Shown here piece by piece: positions 12,648 through 24,279 of a stretch of 38,068 nt of DNA; position 1 is the first letter of the stretch, and the number at the start of each line of letters is the position of its first letter. The DNA is from Lama guanicoe. Lineage: Eukaryota. The notes below the pieces were generated by a model. The model searched no databases. It saw nothing but the letters and a program-made list of their open reading frames with translations, and had not been told where the DNA came from. The stretch lies in assembly GCA_013239625.1 (NCBI GenBank), contig MU053800.1, forward strand, positions 1-38,068, given 5' to 3'. The position numbers and the translations under genes are program-made.

Positions 12648-13189
12648 GCCACTAGGTCTTAAAGAATCTACCCGAATGTTTGGAAAACCCAAGCTTCAGC
12701 TTTCTCTGCTGTGCTGGATTCTCCTTTCAAGCCCCCAGCTCTGTTCTCCACTGCTGGGCTTCTGCAGTACACCTGGTGGTTTCCAAGCATCCTTCCTGCA
12801 CCTTGGTTCACAGTCCTTTATTAAACTTTCACATTAGCTAGCAGGAAAATCTCTCCACCCCTACGATGGCAGATACTAAGTCTCTCTGAAGAAACCCCTC
12901 CTCTCCTCCAATTCCTTGGCCGATCGAACCCTTTTACTACCTCACTGTGAAAGCATGGCTAACGGTCAGGAAACTAGTTTTTATTCATCAGATTTGCAGG
13001 TGTTGCGGAGTTTAGAATGGGAGGTGGAAACTGAACTCCTCTCACTGCTAACACAAATCTGCTCTGAGTCCGAGAATTACCCGTGGTTCAATTTTCGCAT
13101 CTAAGAACATTGGTGATCTGTTTGTAAGTTTCTCGTGAGCATCTCCTAAGAAGCAGTAGAAGTGATGATAATGGTTAGCGATTTGAAGC

Positions 13190-13350
13190 CAACACATCTT
13201 GGTGTACTTACTGTCTGTGTGACTTTGGGAAAAATCCCTCACCAGCATCAGAAGGCTGGGACAACGTGGGTTCATCTTTTGCCTCGAGGATTCGGTAAGA
13301 AAGTGTATGTAAAATATTTAACACAGAACCTGGAACAGAGTCGAGCGCCG
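13190..13350 (+). mobile_element. MIR relic
   Basis: tactgtctgtgtgactttgggaaaa...gtatgtaaaatatttaacacagaacctggaacagagt. Confidence 0.6.
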
Positions 13351-14230
13351 ATTCATTCATTCAAAAATACGAATTAAAAACCTCTCATATGTCAGGCCCT
13401 ACACCAGGTACTGGGTCTATGGCCGTGAACAAAGCCCCTAGTCTGAGACCCTAAAAGTGAAAAGCACAAGGCAGGTGGTGGGGATATAATCAAGGTGTGG
13501 ATATTCTAGGAGAGTGACGGTGGGGAAGAGAGCGGTCAGGGACAAAGGGACACCCGAGCAGAGACGAGAATTGCGGGAGGAAGGGAGCTATGTGGATGAT
13601 CCAGCAGGAGAGAAGAGCCAGCACAAAGCGGGGTGTGCTTGGCATGTCCCCAGTTAAGGAAGAGGTCCTTGTAGCCACAGCAGGACGGGCGGAGCAGGTA
13701 AGGAGATGGGGCCAGGGAGGCCACGGGGACCTAGACCTCTCGGCCGCTGCAGGGACTTCCGAGCTGACTTTCATGGGAGGGTCTGGAGCAGGGGAGAGGC
13801 CTGATCAGACTCAAGGTTGGTGGAATCACTCTGGCTGCTGCGTTTGGAGACCAGCTGGGAGGATACCAATTCATCAAAGGGGAGATGGGACTGCAGTGGT
13901 ACCAGGGAGACGATGAGAAGTGACGAGATTCTGGGTATAGTGTGAAGCTGATGAGATTATCTGTCAGTGCAGATCTAGCATAGGGAAGTGAGAGGGCGGA
14001 GGAGGAGTCCCAGCCTGAGTCGCTGGAAGGATGGAGTTACTGAGGCTAGTTGGGGACTGAAGCGAAATGGCTTTGTGGGGGAGAGGGGTTGACATGGAGA
14101 GTTTATGAACAAATGTAAGACGGGGTAAGCTGAAGGCAGCAGTGTGACTGGAGAACCACAAGAACATAGAGTTTATATTGGATATTTAAAGCCTTGGGTC
14201 TGGATGACACAATGTGGGAGTGACGTAGAT
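13351..14230 (-). mobile_element. LINE-2 relic including 3' end
   Basis: attcattcattcaa (antisense L2 tail), atatgtcaggccctacaccaggtactggg, then purine-rich L2 body. Confidence 0.7.
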
Positions 14231-14681
14231 AGCTCCCCAAGAGCATCCCGTATCACACAATAAATGAACATCACAAGAAGCTTCCTGAACGGAATGATTT
14301 CTTCCAAAAACTGGTCTGCTCTACTGAAAAACAGAGTTGAATCCAACTCATAAATGCAACCACGGAGAGCATTTGTTGCCGTTTGGCCACAGCACTAATT
14401 TTAAATTGTGGTGGCCTGAGGATTTTAATTACTTCAATTGACAGAATACTGGGCTCCAGCTCACTGGAGCCGAGCTTTATACTTCTTGAAAACACATCTA
14501 GGGTTGCGTTAGGGAAGGCAAATTTTTCTGGACTTGATTTTTTAACAAAATGTCTTTACAGAAATGTTCTGGAAATTTGAGAATAGTATATCTAGAAATG
14601 TACTGGCTAGACTTAAGAAAAGTGGACACAGCAAGCCCTTTCATTGTGGTTTTCCAAGAACATGAGAGAGATGATACAGCT

Positions 14682-14719
14682 CAAGGACTGGCAAGCATTT
14701 CCATTAAATGCCAAACAGG
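14682..14719 (+). mobile_element. MER58A-like hAT element, 5' part
   Basis: caaggactggcaagcattttccattaaatgccaaacag resembles the MER58A start; the element continues at 15831. Confidence 0.55.
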
Positions 14720-14828
14720 TTTTTTTCCATTTTTATTGAGAAATAATCGACGTATATCACCTTATAAGTTGAAGGTGTGCAGCATGATGGTTTGATTAAA
14801 TATACATATATTATGAAATGATCACCCA
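14720..14828 (-). mobile_element. L1MA9-like 3' terminus (part 1)
   Basis: Poly-T, ttttattgagaaataatcgac...aaggtgtgcagcatgatggtttga...atgaaatgatcacc. Confidence 0.75.
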
Positions 14829-14960
14829 ATGCAAGCCTCATAACAGGACAGACTTCATCCATCTTGTTCGCTTCTGTGTACACAGTATCCAGAATATTCC
14901 CTGCAGTTTGTAGTTCCTAAAGAAACACTTGATGAAAGAATAAAGAATAAAACACATGAA
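14829..14960 (+). mobile_element. LINE-2 3' end relic
   Basis: atgcaagcctcat...cagacttcatccatcttgttcgcttctgtgta...gatgaaagaataaagaataaa resembles the L2 3' terminus. Confidence 0.55.
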
Positions 14961-15509
14961 CAAATGTCTCCCAGTGGATTGCATTTCCTCAGGCTGCCTC
15001 ACCGGAGGTTCAGCCTCAGTAAGTAACTCCCTACCTGAAAAATCTGGGTTCCCTTCTCTGGCAGTTTTGAAACTGAGTCATTTAACGGGGCTCGCTTGTC
15101 CAACTGGATTTTCACAGTTAAAACAAGGGGCACGATACGAGACCCAGAAGTTTAACTTTGAATAATTTAAATTCTCTATGAAATTCACAGTTCAGCTGCC
15201 CGTGAACATCCCCATCCCTCCTTTGGAAAGTCACGCAGTGGCTTTATGTTAATGACCCATCTGTCAACGCAAAACGCAAACGATTCTGGGTCACTCTGCT
15301 GAGTGAGTGGACGAGCGCCGGGGACTGTGGATGAGCTCAGAGGACAATGTCGGGCACCAGGGAGCTCACGCAGGTGGAGATTCTCATCCGTGCCTTACCT
15401 CCGAGGGCTCTTACCAGCCAAGGAGACTCTGAAGGGAAAGTGAAGACCACCAGGGCTGGAGGCTGGTTTGGGAAGAAGGATTATGCTGCTCTCATGATGC
15501 TTCTTAGGG

Positions 15510-15830
15510 TGACCACGGTAGATTGAGTTAACAACCGTCATTTCATATAGACATCAACAAAAAAAAAAAAAAAAAGACAAGAAGAAAACCTGTCCTTGTG
15601 ATGAGAGCCCGTCGCTTTTACTCTCTTAACAACGTCCCTATTTGCCACATCGTTAACGCAGGGGTGACTGTGTCATCATGTTGTACATTACATCCTAAGG
15701 GCTATTTATTCTCATAACCAGAAGTTTGTGCCTTTGGACCACTTTCCCCCAATACCTCGTCCCTGCACACCCTGTCTCTGGTAGCCACATATCTGATCTC
15801 TTTTTCTATGAGTTTGGTGTGGTTTTATTT
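15510..15830 (-). mobile_element. L1MA9-like 3'UTR (part 2)
   Basis: gaccacggtagattgagttaaca...ccttgtgatgaga...tcatcatgttgtacattacatcc...ctctggtagccacatatctgatctctttttctatgagtttgg. Confidence 0.8.
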
Positions 15831-16003
15831 CAAATGGTAAATATTTTAAGCCTTGCAGATAACGTGGTCTCTGTTTGCACGGCTCGACCCGGCCATTGCA
15901 GGGTGGACAGCCATATATACACTATGCACCGAGTGGGCGTCGTTGTGTGCCAATAAAACTTTATTTACAAAAACACGCAGCAAGGTTTCGCCTGGCTGAC
16001 CAT
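15831..16003 (+). mobile_element. MER58A-like hAT element, 3' part
   Basis: gtaaatattttaagccttgc...ggtctctgt...ccaataaaactttatttacaaaaac is a MER58A signature. Confidence 0.8.
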
Positions 16004-16325
16004 CATTTGCCTTTCCTTATCTCTGCCCCCAATAGCTTTCCCCTTCACCATGTAAAAGCTTAGAAAAACAGCTGTCAATTTTACTCAACTTGCCGTTCAT
16101 AAGCAAGTTTAAAAAATAGTCTTTTCTCAAACTGTAACTAAATGTTCAACAAATTTAGGAATAACAATTTAATTTATAGCAGTTAATGGTCATTGCAATA
16201 ATTCAGGTTAGAATTGATAAGACCTTCAAACAGGGTGGGGACAGTAGAGGTGGTGGGAAATGGTCACATTATGGGAATGTTTTGGTGATATATATACACA
16301 TAGACACAGGATTTGCAGAGTGATT

Positions 16326-16659
16326 TTTTTTTTGGACATATACCCACTCATTGTCACATTTTTTTCTCTGTGATTTATCATAACATTTTGTATATATTTC
16401 CCTGTGCTATACAGTGTAATCTTGTTTATCTGTTCTACAATTTTGAAATCCCAGTCTAACCCTTCCCACCCTCTACCCGCCCCGTAACCACAAGTCTGTA
16501 TTCTCTGTCCATGAGTCTATTTCTGTCCTGTATTTATGCTTTGTTTTTGTTTGTTTGTTTGTTTTTGTTTTTTAGATTCCACATATGAGCAATCTCATAT
16601 GGTATTTTTCTTTCTCTTTCTGGCTTATTTCACTTAGAATGACATTCTCTAGGAGCATC
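16326..16659 (-). mobile_element. Young LINE-1 3' end (same type as 26023-27340)
   Basis: L1 3'UTR and ORF2 end. 10-bp TSD cagagtgatt at 16316-16325 and 16660-16669. Inserted in an L2-like relic. Confidence 0.92.
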
Positions 16660-16825
16660 CAGAGTGATTGAGTGTAGGATGTGAGAGGAAGAACAGAACT
16701 GAATGGATCCAAGAATTTTGGTTCACCCAGTAAATGCCGGCTAGTAGTGTTATGGTTATATAATCATCTTTATATGTCCTGCTTTCTTAATCTGGCTTCC
16801 TAAGCACTTTTATAATGTGTTTTGC

Positions 16826-16914
16826 GAGTATATGCATGTATGTGCATGACCGGGACATTGTGCTATACACCAGAAATTGACACATTGTAACTGACTGTAC
16901 TTCAATTTGAAAAA
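16826..16914 (+). mobile_element. Short LINE-1 3' terminal fragment
   Basis: catgaccgggacattgtgctatacaccagaaattgacacattgtaactgactgtacttcaa. 9-bp TSD gtgttttgc at 16817-16825 and 16915-16923. Confidence 0.9.
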
Positions 16915-17099
16915 GTGTTTTGCCCACAGTCAGATCCCTGTACCCCCAATCTATGGATAAAATACTCTCCAACTTACCGAAAGAAGTATCCCAAAATTAT
17001 ATTTTAGAAGTCATATCTTGTTATTTATTGTTAAGGATAAATAAAACAAAAAAGGCCAATTGTCACAAAGACCTAGCCTTGCCCTGCCCTGGTTTCTCT

Positions 17100-17195
17100 T
17101 ATATTTTATTATTTTTTTCTACTTCATTGAGGTATAATTGATAAACAAAATTACAAGATATTTAAAGTGTACATTGTGGTGATTTGTATACTTTT
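17100..17195 (-). mobile_element. Older L1 (L1MA-like) 3' terminus
   Basis: Poly-T, cattgaggtataattgataaacaaaatt...atatttaaagtgtacattgtggtgatttg. Confidence 0.65.
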
Positions 17196-17210
17196 TCTAG
17201 TTCATCTACT

Positions 17211-18030
17211 CTTTTATTGAAATATAGTCAGTTACAACATGTCAGTTTCTGGTGTGCAGCATCATGTCCCAGTTATACATATATATATATGTATATGTAT
17301 GTATGTATGTGTATACATATATACACACACATATATTCATTTTCATGTTCTTTTTCATTAAAAGTTATTACAAAATATTGAATATGATTGTCTGTGCTCT
17401 ACAGAAGAAATTTGTTTTTTAACTATTTTTATGTATGGTAGTTAATATTTGCAAATCTCAAACTCCCAACTCTATCCCTCCCCACCCCCTTTCCCTGGTA
17501 ACTATAAGATTGTTTACTATGTTTATGAATCTGTTTCTGTTTTGTAGATGAGTTCATTAGTGTCTTCTTTTTTCTTTTTTTAGATTCCACATATAAGTGG
17601 TATCATATGGTATTTTTCTTTCTCTTTCTAGCTTACTTCACTTAGAATGACGATCTCCAAGTCCATCCATGTTGCTGCAAATGGCATGATTTTATTCTTT
17701 TTTATTGCTGAGTGGTATTCCATTGTATAAATATACCACATCTTCCTTATCCAGTCATCTGTTGATGGACATTTTGGTTGCTTGCATGTCTTGACTATTG
17801 TATAAGGTGCTGCTATGAACATTGGGGTACATGTACCTTTTCAAATGAGAATTCCAGGAGTGGGATTGCTCGATCATATGGTAAGTCTATTTTCAGTCTT
17901 TTGAGGAAACTCCATACTGTTTTCCCTAATGGGAAAACACCAAACTACATTCCCATTAACAGCGTAGGAGGGTTCCCTTTTCTCCACACCTTCTCCAACA
18001 TTTATTATTCTAATATTTGCATATTTGATG
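17211..18030 (-). mobile_element. 5'-truncated LINE-1 (ORF2 end + 3'UTR)
   Basis: ORF 17628-17822 [43 protein letters not shown] is the L1 ORF2 C-terminus. Confidence 0.93.
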
Positions 18031-18039
18031 GTTCCCTAT

Positions 18040-18670
18040 AGATCATGTAAGCTTTCTTTGCTTTTTCTCATTCCTTTTTTGTTTGTTTGTTCTCCTTTGA
18101 GTTATTTCCAAGTACCTAACTTCAGCTCACTGATTCTTTCATTTATTGTATTCTGCTATAAATGCTCTCTACTGCATTTTTCATTTCATTCATTGAATTA
18201 TTTAGCTCCAGAATATCTGTTGTTTTTTTTTAATGATTTCTCTTTGTTAATCTTTTCATTTGGTTCATGTATTGTTTTCATGATTTTGTTGAATTGTCTC
18301 TCTGTGTTTTCTTATAGCTCACTGAATTTCATCAAAATCACTACTTTGAACTCTTCATCAGCTAGATCACTAAATTCCATGTCACTGAATTTGGTTACTA
18401 GAGGATTATCATTGTCTTTTGGTCATGACATGTTTCTTTAAGTCTTCATATTCCTTGGAGTTTTCCATTGCTGTTTCCACATTTGAATTAGCAGGCCTTT
18501 CCTCACATTTTTACTAATTGTCTTGAGTAGTTATATATGGAACTACGCCTATAATATAACATGTTATATGTGTGTGTGTGTGTGTGTGTATATATCTCCA
18601 TTCATTCATCAATGGACACAGGTTGCTTCCATGTCTTGGCCATTGTGAAGAATGCTGCAATGAAGAAGAG
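18040..18670 (-). mobile_element. Older L1 fragments (internal T-rich piece and ORF2-end piece)
   Basis: T-rich antisense L1 texture (ttcagctcactgattcttt, ttcattcattgaattatttagctccagaat) and ttgcttccatgtcttggccattgtgaagaatgctgcaatgaa near 18620-18665. Confidence 0.65.
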
Positions 18671-18836
18671 AATACATAGAGTTTTTTGGGAGTCAGTGCT
18701 TGGATTGTGTTGGGAGACCGGTGGCCAGTGTACCAAGTTAAAATTATGTAGATTTGACCTGCTGACTGAGGAGGTACAAGCCACCCACAGGGGGCAGCAG
18801 AGAGCCCCCTCTGCATCCCAGCCCCCACTTTGGGGA

Positions 18837-19189
18837 TGTGAAGATCCCAGCACCATTTTGATTGAAGGCACAATGCCAAGACACTCATGCTAAGGAGTGA
18901 ATTCACAAGATGTATTACCTCCAGATCCCAAGCTGGGGGAAGGGGCACGATGAGCTGGGGGGTGGGCGGTCCTCCATTCCAGGTCACGAGCAAGCAAGAT
19001 TCAGCAAAAGGGGTGTAACCCCTTTATAATGCGGTTGGGGCAGCAGTCACTGAATTTTTGTGAGCTCAGTTCTAAGTGGTTATTTTCAAATGTGCCTCAG
19101 GAAAAGCAAAACAGGAAATTGTGGCAGGAATTCTAAGCACAGGTTCTTATCTCAATGTCCAGACTCCGGGTGTGAGCTGGGCTTTCACA
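18837..19189 (-). mobile_element. Probable solo LTR (about 353 bp), family not assigned
   Basis: Inverted termini TGTGAA...TTCACA. Minus-strand TATAAA (tttata at about 19023) precedes an AATACA polyA-like signal (tgtatt at about 18911), in U3-R-U5 order. Confidence 0.6.
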
Positions 19190-19511
19190 TGGCAAACGCC
19201 TAGGTGCCCACTCGGAATTGCTGTTTTCTCGTCACCACTGACCCCAAGATGACTAGTCTTTAGTGTTTAGGAAAAATCATGTGCACTGTCTGGATGGTGG
19301 AGATTTTTAAAACTACTGGCAAGGTTTTGTCACCCAGTGTATGAAACATCTGAGCAAAAACAAAATGCCAATCAGCAACACCAGAAGACAAACGATATTC
19401 TAAAGTCCTGTCCGTAACCATCCCTTCTGTTTGCTGGTTTCCAGCCAAGAAACAAGTCAAAGCCCTTGGGCAGGGTTAAGGTGGATATTTGGTTAAAGAC
19501 ATAGGAAAGGT

Positions 19512-19558
19512 GGGGAAGGTGTAGCTCAGTGGTAGAGGCATGAGGTCCCCAAACATAA
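19512..19558 (+). mobile_element. Internally deleted mini-SINE
   Basis: ggggaaggtgtagctcagtggtagag head, then gcatgaggtcccca. Degenerate TSD ataggaaaggt / acagcaaaggt. Confidence 0.7.
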
Positions 19559-20185
19559 ACAGCAAAGGTTGGAGGCACGTGTGTAGCCTTGGTTTAAAGT
19601 AGATGCAGTCACACAACCCTGACAGGCTAATGTTTGCTTTGGTCCTGTGTTACCAGAGGTGGGTCTGAACTGCATAAAGCTCTCCATCCATTAGGGCTGA
19701 ATGAGGGCGTCCTGGCCCGTGCCCGGAGCCTGGGGTGTCAGGCACTGCTCGGGTAGGGCTGGCGGCCTTTAGCACTTGTGTCATTTGTCCCATTTAAGAT
19801 TGAGGGCTGCAGTCACCCAGCCTAGTGGCTGTAGGTGCAGCCTCCCTCGGACTGACTTGCAACCCGCGCCTCCCCCCGCACCCCCAGGGTGTGCTGTGCG
19901 ATTCCAACATCTTCCTAGAGCCGCCTCTCTGGGGTGGAGGAGAAGCCCCCTGACCCAGAGGCCACAAAGGCACAGAGAAAAGCACCTGCATTTCATAGAT
20001 TCTCACCCCCCCACCACTGATGACCCAGGAGTCAGCAGCTCCCTGGTGGCCGCCTCCAAGCGGGGTGGGGCCAAGTGCGGGGAGCCTGTCACCACAGTGT
20101 CATTGTCCACTGTTGCCGGTACCAACCAAGCTGATGGCCTCCTTCCACCCTGCAGACCCACACTGCTCCCTGGGTGGGTCTGGGT

Positions 20186-20262
20186 GATTGATGCATTGAC
20201 TGATTGATTGATTTCGGGATGGATGGATGGAGGCACTGGGGATGGAACCCAGGACCTCCTAC
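20186..20262 (-). mobile_element. SINE 3' half fragment
   Basis: atggaggcactggggatggaacccaggacctc with a decayed (gatt)n tail. Confidence 0.7.
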
Positions 20263-20431
20263 ACTTTGGAATTTCAGCAGGAATTTTCATATCAAGCAGG
20301 TAAGGGAAGGTCCAGTGGCCTCTTGGTGGGTCCGTGTTCCTCCAAAGAGCCAGGGCTATCTGTGGCCGGTGATCATAGCTCACCACCCACCCTTCCCGGC
20401 TCAGGCAGCCAAGGCGAGATGGCTGTAAGGG

Positions 20432-20627
20432 GCCGGGGGGTAGAGCCCAATGGTGAAGCTTGTGCTTAGCACGCATGAGGTCCTGGGTTCAAGCCCCACT
20501 ACCTCCACTTAAATAAAAAAATAAACCTAGTTACCCCCACACACACAGCAAAAAAAAACCCCCACAAATAAACAAAACAAAAAATAAAAATAGAAATAAA
20601 TATAGGATTAGAGTTTATAAAAAAAAT
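20432..20627 (+). mobile_element. tRNA-Ala-derived camelid SINE
   Basis: gtgcttagcacgcatgaggtcctgggttcaagcccc, A-rich tail. TSD ctgtaaggg at 20423-20431 and 20628-20636. Confidence 0.88.
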
Positions 20628-21444
20628 CTGTAAGGGAACTCAGAACTGTCAGGGGAAGTGTAAATAATATCATCCCCTAAGACGAAGGTGCCAGGCTGCC
20701 CCTGACAAGGATCACAGGCAGCGGGGCGGCAAGCCCAGGGGTTGGGAGGAGGGTGGTGGCCACGCGGCCCAGTGTTTAAAGCTGTCAGTGCCTCTGGCAG
20801 CCGGGAGGTCCACTCAGGAGTCCATCTCCTGCCCTGTAACTTAAGGAGCAGGGATTTTAGAAGCCCAGTGTGCGTTCAGTAGCACCAGTGGCCTGTGGCC
20901 AGTGTGGCCTGTCTACACTGTGCCTGAGAATGGCCTGTTTGTCACCATCCCGGGGACCCATGGATGCCGGCTCCACTGGCCACGGGAGGAGGTGATGGAT
21001 GGTTGTCACCTGGGCAGCAGCCACAGAAACCAGGGCCCCAGACACAGGACAGGCCTTTCACACAGAGACTGTGCCCTGGGCTGGTGGCCAGTTGGGAACC
21101 TTTCCCCGTTACAGGCCTGGGGAGGCCTGAGTGGAAGCCCCGCTGACCACCAGACCCAGGGGATGTGGGGGGTCCCAGGGGAGCAGCCGCAGAGCTCAGG
21201 GTGTGAGGTGAGCACCCAAGCCCCTTCCCAGGAGAAGCCGGCAGGCTGTCCCTGGAGAGCGTTTCCGTGGGTTCCTAGGTGTGCGTGAAATCAGGGGCCT
21301 GGCCCTTGGGCTGACACTTTGAGATCAACAGGTGAGCCTCTTTCACAGAGGGTGTGGGAGCTTGTCCCGGGCCGCCTCTGCGCTGGGCCCTGAGGTGGGT
21401 GAGTCTGTGCGTGGAGCCCTTGAATGACTGCTTCTTGGTCGGCT

Positions 21445-22372
21445 TGTCTTCAGACGTTAACCATTCTGACAGGTGCGAGGCGACCGCTCACTGTGGTCCT
21501 GATTGGCATTTCTCTGACGAGCAGTGATGCTGAGCACCTTTCCATGTGCCTGTTGGCCATCCGTGTGTCTTCTTTAGAAAAATATCTGTTCAGAACCTCT
21601 GCCCATTTTTTTAATCAGATCTCTCTTTTTTTTTTTCTGTTGAGTTGTATGAGTTCTTTATATATATTGAATATTAACCCCTTATCAGATATATGATTTG
21701 CAACTGCTTTCTATCATTCAGTAGGCTGCCTTTCCATTTTTGTGGATGGTTTTCTTTGCTGTACAGAAGCTCTTTGGTTTGATGTCATCCCATGTCTTAA
21801 ATTTTTTTTTGTTGCCTTTGTTTTTTGCTGTGAAATCTAAAAATCACTGCCAAGACCAATGTCAAAGGTCTTACCACTGATGTTTGCTTCTAGGAGTGCT
21901 GTGGTTTCAGGACTTCCATTCAAGCCTTTACTCTGTTCTGAGACAGTTTTTGCGTATCATGTTAGTTGTCCAGTTTCATTCTTTTGCACATGGCCTTCCA
22001 GTTTTCCTACCACCATTTATTAAAGGGACTGTCCTTTCCTCACTGTTCTTGGCTTCTTTGTCATAAGTTAATTGTGTGGGTTTATTTCTGGACTCCCTGT
22101 TCTGTTCCATTGATCTGTGTGTTTTTCTGCCAATGCCACACCCGTTTGAGTAGGATAGCTTTGTAATATGATTTGAAATCAAGCAACACAATGCCTTCAG
22201 CTTTATTCCTCATCAAGGTTGCTTTGGCTGTTTGGGGACTTTGGTGGCTCCATACAAATGTTAAGAATGTCCTGTTTCTGTGAAAAATGCCTTGGGATTT
22301 TATAGGGATAACATTGACTCTGGACATTGCTTTGGGTAGTACAAACATCTTAACAATATGAATTCTTCCAAT
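21445..22372 (-). mobile_element. Older LINE-1 ORF2 internal fragment
   Basis: ORF track shows degenerate ORF2 RT-distal motifs (LPKAMSRVNVIPIK, LLDFKSYYKAILLKRVWHWQK). Confidence 0.85.
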
Positions 22373-22669
22373 CAGAGGGCAGGGCTAATTTTACGCTCCC
22401 CCTGCCATCTCCAGAGCTCTGGTATTTCTGGGAGGGAAGGCTGTCCATGCCTTTGGTGACCTGGTTTTTCCCTTTGGGGGTCCAGGTTTTTGGCTGCCAT
22501 CCAGGGATGCCCTTGGGGTGTCCTGGGTTCCTTGGGACTAAAACCATCTAAGTGACAAATTTTGGTCGGCTACCACCCCAAGCACAGCGCAGAGAGCAGA
22601 CAGAAGTGCCCTACCCCAGGACTCCTGTGAACTTGGCCTGCTCACTGGTCCTGGAGCTGCAGCCTGGAG

Positions 22670-22790
22670 CAGGCTTCAGGCAAGTCCAGCAACAACTGTT
22701 TATTCCTATGTTGCCTTCGGTGGCTTTTGCAGTGGAGTAGTTGCAACAGAGACCACAGGACCCACGAGAGGAAAACATTTACTAGATCGA
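22670..22790 (-). mobile_element. MER58A-like hAT relic
   Basis: gagtagttgcaacagagaccacaggaccca...aaaacatttacta. Confidence 0.6.
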
Positions 22791-23689
22791 GTTAGAGGTT
22801 GAATTAGGGCACCTCTACTAAGCCTGCTCTTAGGCAGGCTTCAAAGGACAAAACACCCAGACTTGGGGTGGCTGTATCCCCCAGCCTAAGTGTCAGGAAT
22901 CTGCTTGTCTTTCTAAATAACAAACAACACCTTCACAGACAGGCTGTTTTTCCTAACATGAGGGCAGGGCCACACGGAGGCGGGATGGACCCCCTGTCAC
23001 CTTGGTGCTTTTTGCACCTGCAAGTTGAGTCTAGAGGGAAGCTGTGACTCTGGCGCTGATTTTATTTTGTTGTACACATCCAGTTATTAAGTTATGCACA
23101 GATTTAAGTGGTGTTATTAGTACCAAGAAGTTGGGTGTGCCCCAAAGCTTCCGGCTTCTTAATGGTACTGTTGGGGGACATCTGTCATCATAACCCTGGG
23201 GCCCAGATGGGATATCAAAAGAGAAAAACCCAAAGTTTCTCTCTCATTCCTTTAATGCTTTGGGAAGGGTGTCTGGATGGAGATGGCCGGGACGATGCCG
23301 TGGCTGAGACAAAGGCATTAAGGTGCAGTCCTCCAACCAAGGCACAAGGTGGTTTGTTAACTCTGCTTTGAGAAGCCAACAGACAACACAAGGCTTATAA
23401 AACCTTTCATGATTTTCTGGTCCTACTTTTTCTAGATAATTCTATGATCTCAAAGAAACCAGAGTTTGAAAAGCCATAGCTTATCCTGGTAGTATAAACT
23501 TCTTATAATGTTGGGAGTCTGTGGTTTGATTCTATCTGAAGAACTAAGGAATAAATATGGAATTTTTATTCTGTAGAGCAAAATTAGAATTCTCCTTTAA
23601 TACAAAAAATATTCTAGTATTGTAGTTGCAAAATTTTAGTTTGGGTAAACACGTTCTTCAAATAAAACTGAATAGGACCCCTATATAAA

Positions 23690-23905
23690 AACAGCTAACA
23701 CGTGTTTAATGTTCACCACGTGTCAGACCACTTGCAAAGCATTTCATTAGAAGTTATCTCATTTGATCTCACACTGACCCTGAAACGCAGGCAGGTGATA
23801 TGACTATCCCAAACTTACAGAGGAGGAAATTGAAGCAGGAGGGTTAGTAAACTCGCCAAAGACAATGGACAAGAGCTGGTCCATCTGGGGCGCTAATCTG
23901 GGCTG
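23690..23905 (-). mobile_element. MIR relic
   Basis: acagctaaca...ttatctcatttgatctcac...ttacagaggaggaaattgaagca. Confidence 0.75.
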
Positions 23906-24178
23906 CTCAACCACGGAGGCTGGTCCCGGACCCTCCGCCCCTTTGAAAACCAGAAATGGGGTAGGAAGTGACATGGGCCAGAGTCCCAGCGCCAACATCA
24001 TCAGGTGGTTGGTGATTCAGCCCATGGGAGGTTTCTGCAGGACAACTGGTGAGAACCTGACAAAGGAGTTAAACAGCAACTGTGTTCTACAGACAGCACT
24101 ACAACTATGCAGCTCAGAAACTCTCAGTTATGCTGATTGCCAGCTTAGGTGGCGAGGGAAACTCGATCTGAAGCTATT

Positions 24179-24228
24179 AAAATGGCACACTACACACGCT
24201 CCCGACCACTGAGCTATACCGTCCCCCC
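24179..24228 (-). mobile_element. SINE head remnant
   Basis: accactgagctataccgtcccccc is the antisense SINE 5' end. Confidence 0.55.
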
Positions 24229-24279
24229 GTATCAGCTCTTAAACTGCGCCAAGCCAGGCTCCAAACCTGTCTCCCTTTG

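Noticed and set aside
20648..20706. Inverted repeat tgtcagggg...cccctgaca
   Set aside because: Only a 9-bp stem with a long loop, which is expected by chance.
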